This document shows, piece after piece, positions 1-10,421 of a stretch of DNA of 64,000 nucleotides. How positions within the stretch are numbered: the first letter of the stretch is position 1; the number at the start of each line of letters is the position of its first letter. The stretch comes from Trypanosoma brucei (lineage: Eukaryota). Location: NCBI GenBank assembly GCA_000002445.1, contig CM000207.1, positions 768,001-832,000 on the forward strand, written 5' to 3'. Under the pieces are notes generated by a model. The model saw only the letters and a program-made list of their open reading frames with translations. It did no database searches and had not been told where the DNA came from. The position numbers were made by a program, and so were the translations under genes.

Positions 1-2
1 TA

Positions 3-179
3 GATAGTTTGGTGTTGAACACAACCCTTGCTTTTCGCAAGTTGCTAATCACCAATGTCTACTTCGAGTCTAAGCGGTTAGTGGAGCAAAAGTGGAAGGA
101 ACTCATGCAGGAAGAAGCAGCCGCGCAGTCAGAGGCTATTCCACCACTTTCACCCGCTGCCCCCACAAAGGGCGAATGA
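3..179 (+). CDS. 3' end (C-terminal ~58 codons) of an upstream protein-coding gene, partial
   Basis: Frame 3 is open from the window edge to TGA at 177-179. The translation (...VYFESKRLVEQKWKELMQEEAAAQSEAIPPLSPAAPTKGE) is protein-like and not low-complexity. It sits on the same strand as the downstream PTU. Confidence 0.3.
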   Translation, partial: DSLVLNTTLAFRKLLITNVYFESKRLVEQKWKELMQEEAAAQSEAIPPLSPAAPTKGE

Positions 180-687
180 TACTGCAAATTGTTCAATTCG
201 TGGTATCCTGCGAGCGCTCATATGCCTCCTTCCCTACTGCTTTTCAAGATGACGTCTACATCCTAATCATTGCGTGCGGTAGTGATTCACTACGCGTCAC
301 ACAAACACATCTTTTTTGCATAAGGGTAATAAAGCCTTTCACATCGGTTGCTTGGTACTTCCGAGTCCGGGGTTTCCCCAGACCAGTGGAGAAAAAGCAC
401 TTGTATACTTTTTTTTTGTTTTTGCTTCCACTAGTGTATTCTTCTGTGCAGTGTCATTGTTGATTACTACCCTTCATCCTCTGCGTGAAGTTGCTAGACC
501 GGTGATAAGCTGACTTGAAGAAGGCTTGATATCTGCACCCACCGGGAGGAAGAGGGGAAAAAATACATAAAAGAGAGAATAAGGAAAGAAACAATAGGAT
601 AGGGACGTACATAGTTCAGCTAATAACAAAACTGTTGCTACAACTCGCAACGGGGCTCCTCTGCTGTAGAGATCACCGCTTGAGGCG

Positions 688-3600
688 ATGCTGGTCGCCA
701 CAGCGTCCGTTACATCTCATGGCTGTGCCACCGATCTTTCGACGAAGACAAGATCAGCGTCCGTCACGATGGAAGGTGAAAGTGTTAGGAGTGACGAACG
801 GCATCACGTTAACGTGAGGGGAGATGAGAGCGAAGGTGTTAGTGTGTCTCTACTTTCCACACGTCACACGGTTCACGCTCTCAACAAGCAGTCATCCAGC
901 GCGTGGGTGACGACAAAGCTAGTAGAGCAATGTGTCACGGGCTACCGAGATGCACTCTTGGTCATTCGGGAATATGGACACCGGGTTGAGGGAGAAGGTC
1001 TGCATCTGCGGTTGCAACTTGGTGAGGCCCACCGCGAACTTCAAAGTAAAGGTGGGCTGGGGGCCTCTGTTACGCATATTGTCGAGAAGCAGCTCTCGGA
1101 ACATTTGATGCAGAACGGTAACGCGAACATCTCTCCCCGTTCCGAGTCCTTACGACACCGTCAGATTTTGCGCGACATGAAACACCTAGCACACGGGCTT
1201 TTAATACCTCTCGATATCTTCCGGCATCAGCACAACTGGCTGTTAGTGCAAGAGGATGTCCAACTAAGTCTGGCCGATCGACTCCGACACTACCGTGTGG
1301 TGGTGCGACAGGCTCCACCACCCGCTTTAGTGGAACGCCTCTGGTTTGACCTCTGGGCGCTTTTGGGCGCAGCGTGGCGGCAGCGCGGACGGCTTCTAGG
1401 AGTTTATGCGGAGGGTGTTCTTCCAGTTAACGTGGATGGTGGCACCGCAGTTGTTCCACCGTCAGTTTTGAGCCCCCCATCGCACCGTGAAGCCTATCGT
1501 GAGGGGCAACGTGAATACCGCTCCAAGCGGATGGAGGGATCGCCGGCCAGTGGGGTACCGGCGGATGCCGACGATTGTTACGCATTTGGCCCAATTACGC
1601 CACATCGAGTGGGAATCATGCCATCGCGCCACTACACCATCCGATGGCCACTCATGTCAATTTTACGTTCCCTGCGTGTGCGTGTGGCTGGCAAGAAACC
1701 GGGGTCGGAGTCCGGAATAAGGATTGCAATGTCAGCAGGGTCACTAGGGGAACCGAAGGATGACCACCAAGAGGAATCTGACAAATGTGCACAGACCTCT
1801 CGTGGGTCTGATTTCTTTTCTCCGAGGGTGTCTTGCGGGTCCGTTGGTGGTAGCTCACAGGAATATCCTGCTGCCTTTTTTGACCTATCGTCAGAAGATA
1901 TCGAAACGTGCCGTGTGCCATACTTGTCCCCAGAGTGCTTCACACAAAGGTTTCGTAGCGCTGGATGCCATTCGAGTGAACCAGTGGAAGTTTCTGTGTC
2001 TCATCGGTTCTCTGATGATGTCTGGAACATAGCCGTCCTCACCATAGAATTTATGTTGACTAACTTTCCCCTCGAACAAAGTTGCTGCCACCACGCGAGT
2101 TACCAAGGTTTCAGAACAAGTTTTATATTCGATGATATTATTGAGTTGCTCGTAGTATATCACAACATACCGCTTAGAGCCGCGCAAAACTTCGTTTACG
2201 CAGCATTGCACGAGCTTTCACTGCTCGTGTCGGGGGTTGAACAAGTTGGTGTAGATTCAGGTGAAGGTAGCGTACTGACTCCGCGCTGCCTGGCCCAGCA
2301 ATGGAAGGACTATTTAAGTGAAACGTGTAGTAACAGTACTGTGCTGCGGGAGGTGGTGACAAACGGTTTGCTATGGCTGCGCCGTGAGCGGTGGGAGGTT
2401 TTTCAAACTGTTCACTCTCTTGACGATTATAAGGAGGGAGAGTGTGGCAACGGGAGCAACGGGTGTATCGGGGGTGACGACAACGAGAAGAATACCAGCA
2501 GCCGGTACGGGGACGGTGCAGCGAAGAGGGTATTGGACACTTTGGTAAGCCCTTATCTGCCGCTGAATCCGGCTCTCTGTTCCGCTGTGTTACGGGAAGG
2601 CGGGGAGGCATCTCAAGGCTCACTTAGCATCACGGGTTCGATTCAGCAGTGGTGTGAAAAAGAGGATGCGTTTTGGCATACGCAATTTGATGATCTACAA
2701 TCGACGGTGCAGAAATGGAGGAAGTGTATTGAACGCTACACGGTGCTCGGTGGTATGAGCGGTAAAGGTAATGAGGCGAGGCAAACTGTTCTTTTCAAGC
2801 GTCTCGTTCGGGTCGTACGATCGGTGCTGCAGCTTCAACTCGAGAAGGTAAAGGCTGGTGATCAAACCAAGACCATTCTCCTAAGCAGTGACAGGGAATC
2901 CCGCCGTATGCAGCGGGGGGAGGTCCTGAGTCATGCTGTGCAACAGGAGCTTTTGCGTGGCTTAACGGAGCGTGGTGCTCTTTTTATGCACATTTTGGAT
3001 CTTGTGCCGAATCAATTCGTACCCACCAATTCCACCGTTGCAGGTGATGCCCTCACCAGGGTGGTTCCGTTTTGCGGTGTCTTTATGTCCATCTCGCACA
3101 CTCTTTCGCAGCTGGAGAAGGACATGGCTCAACTTACTGAGTTGTCACCAGCGTCGACGGCGCCCTTCCGTGCCCTTGACACCATTTTGGGAGTGGAGTA
3201 CAACGCTGCACGTGTGACACACTTATCGGCCTGTCAGTTGAATGAGGAGGCGGATGAGGGGAAATTGAGTATGTTAGAAAATGTTAGGTCTGTCATTCGT
3301 CAGTTAGACCTCGACCTGAAGATGCAGGTGAAACTGGTGAAAGATATGAGGTGTCTGATGTGCACCAGCGTTCCCGTGGAAACGCGTGCTTCGCTCGTGC
3401 GACAGTACTTACTTCGCACCCAGGCGGCACATGGGACTGTAGAGGTTCCTATTCCAGCTACTCTTCGTGGTGAGATATGGGCCGTCCTTCTGTTGGTGTC
3501 CCCGGAACCTGAGGAACGAGCGTCTAGATATTTTGCGCTGGACACGGCGCGACCAACGCCGTGCAACCGTCAGTTATCTGTCGACATCCCACGTTGTCAT

Positions 3601-4881
3601 CAGTATCACCCACTACTGGCATCATCAGATGGTCACGAACGAATGTGGCGTATCATCAAGGCGTGGTTATTGCTGAATCCCGAGCTGTCGTACTGGCAGG
3701 GGTTGGATAGCGTCTGTGCTGTTCTGCTTGCCGCGTCTTTCCACGATGAGCCTCTTGTTTTAGCTCAGTTGCAGGAACTGACGCACAACTACATACCGCA
3801 CGACTTGGCATCCAGAGAGACAGATCTGCCACAGAGTATGGCTGGAAAGTTCCAGTTGTTCGCTGTGCTTCTGCGTTACTGTGATCCGCAACTTGCCACT
3901 CACCTCCTCGACACAGTTGAGTGCGGTCCCGAACTATTTGCGGTTGGATGGTTTCTCGCGCTTTTTGCACACGGCTTACCAATGGCGAAAGTGTTTCTTT
4001 TGTGGGATTTCCTCTTCGTGTATGCTGCCGTTTTCCCACACTGCCTTGCTGTCCTTTGCCTTGCCGTTCTGTTGCAGCACCGCGAGCAGTTGATGTCGCA
4101 CGACTTCTCTGTATGTGTGGGCGCGCTCAGCCGTGCGAGGGATATTGAAGTGCGGATCGTGTTGTATAACGCCTCACTATTGCTGCGAAGCACACCGCCG
4201 CTAGTCGGGGGACCGTGCGCTCCCACAGGCCAGCCCCACAGTAGCAGCAACTCCGTGCCACGCATGAGGGTGCGGACACTTCTTCAGGCATTTCGCCGCG
4301 TCCCTTTCGATGAAACGCCGTATGGGGAAGAGTGGACCCGCAACGGATTATTCCTCGTGGATCTACGGGAAACGAGGGGTGGTACAGCAAGCCTTGAGCT
4401 GGAAGGAGAGGAGCAGATGTGGTCAACGCAGCGCGAAACGGAGGAGCGTGTTGTTGGAGCTCTGCTCTTTCCACTTGTGTCTTGCCAGCAGGACGGTGCG
4501 GAAATAGATGTGATGCAGCAGGAGCTTCAAGGGCGGTTGGCTGTGCAATTGGCTTCTGAACTCTTATCACAAACACGTAACATCGCTTTAGCAGCCGTTC
4601 CACCGGTACCGTCGTCGGGGTCGCGACCGAGCGCAGGGATGAGACAGTGTGAAGAAAATCCTGCCGCTGGAACACAGCCAGAGGTCATTGCGAAACACTC
4701 AGAATGTCCTCATATTGTACTTTTTACACATTCTTCGAACCTATGTGAGGTGGCCACTTCAGAGTTGCTTGCGAGGGAATTAATGCGTTGCGGTGCACCA
4801 CATGTTTCAATTTTGCTTGGCGGCTTTGTACAGTTGAAGCGGGAGGCAGCTGATCTCATTGTGGAAATGGTCCCTACTTGA
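688..4881 (+). CDS. TBCK-like protein: degenerate protein-kinase-like N-terminal region, then a TBC/RabGAP domain, then a C-terminal rhodanese-like domain without catalytic Cys
   Basis: 1397-aa ATG-initiated ORF; an alternative start is the in-frame ATG at 769. The TBC domain shows an IxxDxxR-like motif ('LSVDIPR') followed by 'NPELSYWQGLDSVCAVLL', which matches the TBC YxQ-finger block. An N-terminal stretch 'HRFSDDVWNIAVLTIEFM' resembles kinase subdomain IX in an otherwise degenerate kinase fold. The C-terminus 'CPHIVLFTHSSNLCEVA...ILLGGF' looks like rhodanese. A polypyrimidine tract at ~405-485 lies upstream. Confidence 0.7.
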   Translation: MLVATASVTSHGCATDLSTKTRSASVTMEGESVRSDERHHVNVRGDESEGVSVSLLSTRHTVHALNKQSSSAWVTTKLVEQCVTGYRDALLVIREYGHRVEGEGLHLRLQLGEAHRELQSKGGLGASVTHIVEKQLSEHLMQNGNANISPRSESLRHRQILRDMKHLAHGLLIPLDIFRHQHNWLLVQEDVQLSLADRLRHYRVVVRQAPPPALVERLWFDLWALLGAAWRQRGRLLGVYAEGVLPVNVDGGTAVVPPSVLSPPSHREAYREGQREYRSKRMEGSPASGVPADADDCYAFGPITPHRVGIMPSRHYTIRWPLMSILRSLRVRVAGKKPGSESGIRIAMSAGSLGEPKDDHQEESDKCAQTSRGSDFFSPRVSCGSVGGSSQEYPAAFFDLSSEDIETCRVPYLSPECFTQRFRSAGCHSSEPVEVSVSHRFSDDVWNIAVLTIEFMLTNFPLEQSCCHHASYQGFRTSFIFDDIIELLVVYHNIPLRAAQNFVYAALHELSLLVSGVEQVGVDSGEGSVLTPRCLAQQWKDYLSETCSNSTVLREVVTNGLLWLRRERWEVFQTVHSLDDYKEGECGNGSNGCIGGDDNEKNTSSRYGDGAAKRVLDTLVSPYLPLNPALCSAVLREGGEASQGSLSITGSIQQWCEKEDAFWHTQFDDLQSTVQKWRKCIERYTVLGGMSGKGNEARQTVLFKRLVRVVRSVLQLQLEKVKAGDQTKTILLSSDRESRRMQRGEVLSHAVQQELLRGLTERGALFMHILDLVPNQFVPTNSTVAGDALTRVVPFCGVFMSISHTLSQLEKDMAQLTELSPASTAPFRALDTILGVEYNAARVTHLSACQLNEEADEGKLSMLENVRSVIRQLDLDLKMQVKLVKDMRCLMCTSVPVETRASLVRQYLLRTQAAHGTVEVPIPATLRGEIWAVLLLVSPEPEERASRYFALDTARPTPCNRQLSVDIPRCHQYHPLLASSDGHERMWRIIKAWLLLNPELSYWQGLDSVCAVLLAASFHDEPLVLAQLQELTHNYIPHDLASRETDLPQSMAGKFQLFAVLLRYCDPQLATHLLDTVECGPELFAVGWFLALFAHGLPMAKVFLLWDFLFVYAAVFPHCLAVLCLAVLLQHREQLMSHDFSVCVGALSRARDIEVRIVLYNASLLLRSTPPLVGGPCAPTGQPHSSSNSVPRMRVRTLLQAFRRVPFDETPYGEEWTRNGLFLVDLRETRGGTASLELEGEEQMWSTQRETEERVVGALLFPLVSCQQDGAEIDVMQQELQGRLAVQLASELLSQTRNIALAAVPPVPSSGSRPSAGMRQCEENPAAGTQPEVIAKHSECPHIVLFTHSSNLCEVATSELLARELMRCGAPHVSILLGGFVQLKREAADLIVEMVPT

Positions 4882-5413
4882 GTGTGCCTGCGTTACCCTT
4901 TTCTGTTCCTTTTCTTTTTCTTTTCAAAGACTGCTTGTTTTGTTGCTCCGCTTGATTTTTAATTTCGAACGAAGAAGAGCGTGCACTGTTGACTGTTTCC
5001 GCCGATACGCCCCCCCCCTACTATATCTGTTTCTTCATTTGCATTTGTTGTACTCTGTTTCCACGCGTATCGCGCCACATTTAATCCTATGGTCGCAGGT
5101 GCCTCCTTGCTTTACTTTCTCACCTCTGTGCACGTTTAATTTCTTTGTGTTTGTAACCCCTATGTTGCCACTTTTACACCAAATGACGGGATCCCCCACG
5201 CCGATTCCGGCTCTTTCCCCACCCTCGGTTGGGGCGCCCTATCCATATTTCCGTTCCTACCTCTTCTCCCTTTCCAAACGACTGCGCCTGAGATGACATA
5301 CATCTGCAGCAAAAGTAAAGGACACCGCTTAGCTATTTGAACGAGGGAGGATACAGGGAACACGTTTCGTGGAGAGGGGGAGGCAAGAGTGTGCTCGTTT
5401 GGAGCATAAAGTG

Positions 5414-6550
5414 ATGAAAATTACCTGTACGGATGAAAGTGGCAATGTGTACTCAGCGGAATTGGATCCAACCGCGATGGTTGAGGACCTTTCCGTTCTT
5501 GTAGAGGTGGAGATTGGTATACCCGTGGAGGAACAGTTGCTTATGGCACCTACCGGTGCGATATTGCGTCTGGATGAAACGTTTGGGGCCCAGGGTATAA
5601 CAACTGACTGTTGTGTCACGGTGAGACGCCAGGTGTTGGGAGGAGGCTTGAAACGGCCAGCGGAAGAGCGACCAGACAGGATACCGGAAGTGCAGGCCAG
5701 TGAAGAACGATCTCACATACTGGAGCTGTACGCAACCGAACTGATGTCTGACCAGGATCAGTTGCAGCAGCTCGTGTCGCCGGAGTTTGACGAAACAGAC
5801 CCGGCCATACAGAGCAGGATATATGAGGAAATTAGTAAGCGCAACGTGGAAGAGAACTTAGCAAATGCGCTTGAGTTTGCACCAGAGGCGTTCACCCGTG
5901 TAAGCATGCTCCACGTCACGGTTGAGATTAATAAGGTAAAGGTGAAGGCCTTGGTTGATTGCGGCGCGCAAACGTCCGTCGTGAGTGCCGCCACCGCCGA
6001 GCGCTGCGGCATCAATTGGTTGGTTGACAAGAGGGCAGTGGGTACCGTTCACGGTGTTGGTGAGCAGCGTTCGCTGGGTCGAATTCATCTTACGCAGGCA
6101 AACCTAGGTGGGTTGTTTATTCCCATCTCTCTAGTTGTACTAGAAAGTGAAACTTTTGATCTCATTATTGGACTAGACCAGATGAAAAAGCACCGCATGA
6201 TCATTGACCTCAAGGACGATTGCCTGCGTGTGGGTGGTACCGCTATACCATTTCTCAGTGACTCAGAAGTATCGGAAGAACCGCATAGGGGGACACCATT
6301 TGTGCTTGGAGGTGGCGATGGCAACGAGGACAACAATGCCGCAGATGTTCCGACGGCTGGCGCAAATCAGGGCACGGCAGCGAAAAGAAGTACGGCACCT
6401 TCCGGCCCTAACATCAGCTCCGCTGAAAAGGAGCAGGCAATCGAGACATTCGTTTCTCTAACCCACCTCGAAAGACAGCAGGCCATTGCACTCCTCGAGG
6501 CTGTGAACTGGAACCCACATGCGGCCATGTCACTTCTGATGGAGGAGTGA
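5414..6550 (+). CDS. DDI1: DNA-damage-inducible protein 1 (DDI1)-like: ubiquitin-like domain, retropepsin-type aspartyl protease domain, C-terminal UBA domain
   Basis: Track ORF 5369 starts with GTG; the first ATG is at 5414 ('MKITCTDESGNVY...', a UBL-like N-terminus). The retropepsin core reads 'VKALVDCGAQTSVVS...LIIGLDQMKKHRMIIDL'. The C-terminal UBA reads 'EKEQAIETFVSLTHLERQQAIALLEAVNWNPHAAMSLLME'. Confidence 0.85.
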   Translation: MKITCTDESGNVYSAELDPTAMVEDLSVLVEVEIGIPVEEQLLMAPTGAILRLDETFGAQGITTDCCVTVRRQVLGGGLKRPAEERPDRIPEVQASEERSHILELYATELMSDQDQLQQLVSPEFDETDPAIQSRIYEEISKRNVEENLANALEFAPEAFTRVSMLHVTVEINKVKVKALVDCGAQTSVVSAATAERCGINWLVDKRAVGTVHGVGEQRSLGRIHLTQANLGGLFIPISLVVLESETFDLIIGLDQMKKHRMIIDLKDDCLRVGGTAIPFLSDSEVSEEPHRGTPFVLGGGDGNEDNNAADVPTAGANQGTAAKRSTAPSGPNISSAEKEQAIETFVSLTHLERQQAIALLEAVNWNPHAAMSLLMEE

Positions 6551-7167
6551 TATGTTTGAGTTTAATGTAAAAGAGGAGGAGGGAGGAAAGGCCCCCATTC
6601 ACGTGGGCGCGGGGAATGCGAAATAAAGGCGACATTAACCCCCTTTTTTATTGCTTGTGTGTGAGAGATTGGGGGATAAGTGGACTGCCTTATATACTTG
6701 GTGGTTCTTTCCCCTCCGCCCTTTCAACTCGCGAGCGTGTGCCACGTTATGCTTTGTGAAACTTTTCACCACAATTTTTCTTGCTTGGACATTTGTTGTA
6801 ACGTGTTGTCGGTGTTTTTGTAGGCGATGATATCGTTATTAATATTACCCTGTCTCACGGGGAAAGTACCATCTAAAAAAGTGGAGGGGAGGAAATGGAT
6901 GAGTTTGGGGGAAGGATGAGCGAATATTTTGTGTTTTGCCACAGCCGCGTCACTCTCCATATTCTTTACAACATTTTAATAAACAAAGAACCACATATAT
7001 TTGTGTACACACGTTCCAAGATACTTAGGTAAATGGTGGTACATTTTTTTTTCTGTTGCTTTCCCTGCATATGTGTGTGTATGTCGTTCATTTGCATATT
7101 TTGTTTTCCCCTTTCTTACATATTGAAGCAAATACCTTAGTGGTGGAACTTGTTGCAACAGTTTCTA

Positions 7168-8415
7168 ATGTCCAAGTCTAGTCGTAAAATCACTTGCCTA
7201 TTGCCCTCCGCTTCCAACCAAAGTGGCGATAAGAGGGGAGAGCTGCAGTTGAAGAAGCAAGGACCAGGGGAGCAAACGGCCAATGAGGCTATAACGGTGC
7301 CAGATCTGAAACTAGACGAAACAGTCCGCATAAGGGAAATGTTTACGGAGTATATTAATGGTGAGTATGTAACCACACTATTTGACCTTCGCGTGCTCCT
7401 TTCAGAGCTTGGAGTATATCCCTCCGACGATGAAATGACACTTGTTATGACCGCATTTGAGAACAAAGTGAGTTTTACTAATCTCTGTAGGTACATGCGG
7501 TTTTACAAGAAAGAATTTTTGGAATCGAACAAGCAACGTCACCGTTCCAATGCCGCGCAAGATGAATGCGAGGACACGCTTCGTGCCTTTGTTTCACTTG
7601 GTGGCAACGAAGATGGAAGTGGGAGCGTCTTAGTGGAGGACTTACGGCAGGTGTGCAGAAACTTCGGCCTCACTATTGATATAAACGAGGCACTCAATGG
7701 TTTGAATGAGTCAGAGAGCCCCTTAACGTTGCGCTATATGGAATTTTGCAACCTGTGGAAACATCAAAGCCGTGAGCGAGGTGGGGAATCGGGAACAATA
7801 CGCAGCCTTTCCTTAACCGATACCCTGTATACCTCTGGAGGCTTGGATGGGGAGGCTTCAAATTACATACACTTGCTTAATTTGTTGAAGCCCCACGTGA
7901 GCAACATAAGTTATGAACAAAGTACCCCCGCCATATGTACCCCACTGTTGGCCAGAGGTGATGAAAGTGATGCCAGACATTCACTTCCCAAGTCGGATGA
8001 AAAACACCTGCAGGAGCTAAAGCGGTTTTTATTACCATCTTTGGTTGGGAGTGCGGAGGATCCGGATGCCAATTCGTATGGAGCACAGAGGGACGACGGA
8101 TATCAACTCCCAAGTTTAGTCCAACACATGACACCGCGAGCAGATGCCGAGGAACGCCAACGACCGCTCCGACAGCGGAGGACCAAAGAGGCAGCGGCTC
8201 GACGCAGTGCTGGAAATGATGATAAATCTCATCCACCGACACAAGGCGGATTCCGGGCACCGAGTCCAATGATTCTCTCGCTGCGTAACCTTGCCGCGTA
8301 TCGCCAAAGACTTCAAGCATTTGCTAAAAAGAAGGAGAAGTCAAGGAACAGGGAACGTGGGAAGGGAGGGCACGGTGTATCATCGTACTACGATGATGAC
8401 GGAGCCCGCATTTAA
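7168..8415 (+). CDS. EF-hand domain protein with a basic C-terminal tail
   Basis: Track ORF 7150 starts with TTG; the first ATG is at 7168, just after a polypyrimidine tract plus AG at ~7100-7139. A paired EF-hand-like region reads 'DEMTLVMTAFENKVSFTNLCRYM' and 'LRAFVSLGGNEDGSGSVLVEDLRQVCRNFGLTIDINEALNGL'. Confidence 0.6.
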   Translation: MSKSSRKITCLLPSASNQSGDKRGELQLKKQGPGEQTANEAITVPDLKLDETVRIREMFTEYINGEYVTTLFDLRVLLSELGVYPSDDEMTLVMTAFENKVSFTNLCRYMRFYKKEFLESNKQRHRSNAAQDECEDTLRAFVSLGGNEDGSGSVLVEDLRQVCRNFGLTIDINEALNGLNESESPLTLRYMEFCNLWKHQSRERGGESGTIRSLSLTDTLYTSGGLDGEASNYIHLLNLLKPHVSNISYEQSTPAICTPLLARGDESDARHSLPKSDEKHLQELKRFLLPSLVGSAEDPDANSYGAQRDDGYQLPSLVQHMTPRADAEERQRPLRQRRTKEAAARRSAGNDDKSHPPTQGGFRAPSPMILSLRNLAAYRQRLQAFAKKKEKSRNRERGKGGHGVSSYYDDDGARI

Positions 8416-8565
8416 TTAACTGAGTACACAAATCTGGTGTTTTTTTCTGTATCATTTGATTTTGTACAACAAAAAGAGAAGAATGGAGAATTTCCCCCTA
8501 CTAAGGAAACAAGAAAGTGTAAAGAAAGAACACCAGGATGGAAGAGGAAAACTAGAAAAAAGGGG

Positions 8566-8608
<43 letters not shown>
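8566..8608. repeat. (TA)n then (TG)n composite microsatellite
   Basis: Direct reading: tatatatatatatatatatatatatat followed by gtgtgtgtgtgtgtgtg. Confidence 0.95.
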
Positions 8609-9125
8609 TTCAGTGCCCCTGCGGCGGGGTATACTCTTCCAGAGCACCATAACTAATGTGTGATGGGTAACCCATGTGTTGAGAAGGAGGGAAGCGCTGT
8701 TACTGATAACCCGATGTAAAGCTGAGCGGAAATTACTGCTGCGCGGCACGTCAACGATGCATGTGGATGACGTCCTCCGTTGATGTGGTGTCGATGATGG
8801 CTGCAGGAGTTTCCCATCGCACAAGCAACCGATTTGTTTGCGAACATACGTCATAATGTACTTTACACTTGCCAGAAGTAATGTGTCTTGCCGCATTACC
8901 AAACCGCTACTTTTTGTTTTTTTCGTTGTATGGTTGGGGTCCGAAATTTGTAAACTTGGGAGTATCTATTGCGAGTCTTTTTCAGCCCTTTTCATCTGTA
9001 TCCGCCTTCCCACAGCTATTCCTTCCTATATTATTCCTGTTTTTTTTTCATACGTGGCAGGTGCCTGTCTTCCCAGTCGAAAAAACTTGACATAGCCATA
9101 TTGTTCATGCGGTAGGACCCTCCAA

Positions 9126-10421
9126 ATGTCACTCAGGTCCACAATTCAGACGCATTTTACCGTACCCACGCGACATCATAGCACGCGGCAGCGCTCTTTT
9201 AGTGGCATGTTTTCTGCACCTGCTTCAACCACAGCAGGGGCTCCAACACCGATTCGGCGGTTTCCACTCAACAACACGCAAGCGGAACCTTCGCTTGGCT
9301 CACCATGTGAACTGGACTTCCAAAAGGGTGCTTTAACTGGCGATTGTGTGTGCGCCGACCGCCAACTGGAGTGGTTACGGCGAAATCTTGTGAAGTCGGA
9401 GAAGAGGGATTTTCACGGCATGAGCAAGGTGAAGATGCCGGAAGGGAACCCATCATGGCCACGTTACCATTTTCCGCTGCGTAGCTGCTCTTACATTTAT
9501 GATCCTCCCAACGAATCTAAGCTTGCGTTTATTACTCCAGAGAACTACTGCAAACTCTGCTGTGAGCCAGTTGAGTTGCCCATTCGCCATTGCGCATGGT
9601 GGGATCATGTGACACGAATGGCGGGCCTCCGCTTGACTGCTATTTATCCACGGCGTTGGGATCCATCTGCTCTGATGCAAGAGCTGTGGGCAGGGAAGTT
9701 TCCCGTGAGGTTTATGAATACCGAACGGCCACATCCTTACCTGCGCCCATCACATGACGGTCCGTCGTGGAGCGATTTACGTCAATGCTATGTTTTTGAA
9801 AGGGAAGCGGTTGTACGACGGGGCGAATTAAGAGCAATTTTGCACATACTATCCACAGATGTTAGTGGCGGTAGGCGGGTGCTGCGGGAATCTTTAGTGC
9901 TCTCACCCGACGGAAGCTACGCAGCAAACGTTGGTGAGCGCACTTTCCGGGCCTTCATCAGCAGACACATCACACCCTTGCTACCACCCATGGGCCCTGA
10001 GCCAACTACAAGGTTGCAACAGCGTTGCTGGGGCCGAAAAAACCTCGAGGCAATGTTTGATCTTTTGGGAGTAGAGGCGTTACAGAGACTTAGTGGTGTT
10101 GAGGAGGTGGCAGTAACCAAGAATGAGAAGGCTACTGTGATGCGCCAAATAGTTTATGAACTGACAACCGTGTTGTCCGAATGCGATGCTAGAGAGCTGT
10201 CGGCGAGCAACGAACATGCCAATGAAGGTGCGCATAGCGTAAAAATCGCGAAAGATGAAACTCACATGCAAGTCCGGCTGTTGGTGGAGTTGGCACTGCA
10301 GCGTTTGTCACATGAACTGATCCATCTTCACATGATGTTGCTCATAGAACGTGTGTGGAATGCGTATGCGAACCTGGGATACCCAGGTGAAGAAGCGTTT
10401 GAGGAAAGCACCTTTTGCTGA
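9126..10421 (+). CDS. conserved hypothetical protein, possible mitochondrial presequence
   Basis: ATG-initiated 431-aa ORF, same strand and spacing as its neighbours. The N-terminus 'MSLRSTIQTHFTVPTRHHSTRQRSF' is Arg/Ser/Thr-rich without acidic residues. No family recognised by eye. Confidence 0.5.
   Translation: MSLRSTIQTHFTVPTRHHSTRQRSFSGMFSAPASTTAGAPTPIRRFPLNNTQAEPSLGSPCELDFQKGALTGDCVCADRQLEWLRRNLVKSEKRDFHGMSKVKMPEGNPSWPRYHFPLRSCSYIYDPPNESKLAFITPENYCKLCCEPVELPIRHCAWWDHVTRMAGLRLTAIYPRRWDPSALMQELWAGKFPVRFMNTERPHPYLRPSHDGPSWSDLRQCYVFEREAVVRRGELRAILHILSTDVSGGRRVLRESLVLSPDGSYAANVGERTFRAFISRHITPLLPPMGPEPTTRLQQRCWGRKNLEAMFDLLGVEALQRLSGVEEVAVTKNEKATVMRQIVYELTTVLSECDARELSASNEHANEGAHSVKIAKDETHMQVRLLVELALQRLSHELIHLHMMLLIERVWNAYANLGYPGEEAFEESTFC

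Noticed and set aside
4127-4675. − strand ORFs of 120-180 aa lying inside + strand genes. Examples: 2174-2623, 3656-4039, 4127-4675, 7877-8320, 15532-15966, 19904-20377, 25788-26219, 28309-28701, 32109-32507, 40121-40531, 40492-40929, 42120-42563.
   Set aside because: Each is fully contained in a longer, motif-supported + strand CDS. They are antisense shadow ORFs, typical of GC-rich coding sequence. No independent splice-signal context.
5369-5413. N-terminal extensions implied by track ORFs that start at GTG/TTG: 5369, 7150, 10569, 32055, 33870, 43594, 49999, 53127.
   Set aside because: Reading the start codons directly shows they are GTG or TTG. The extensions often run through polypyrimidine tracts. 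I re-anchored each gene to the first in-frame ATG.
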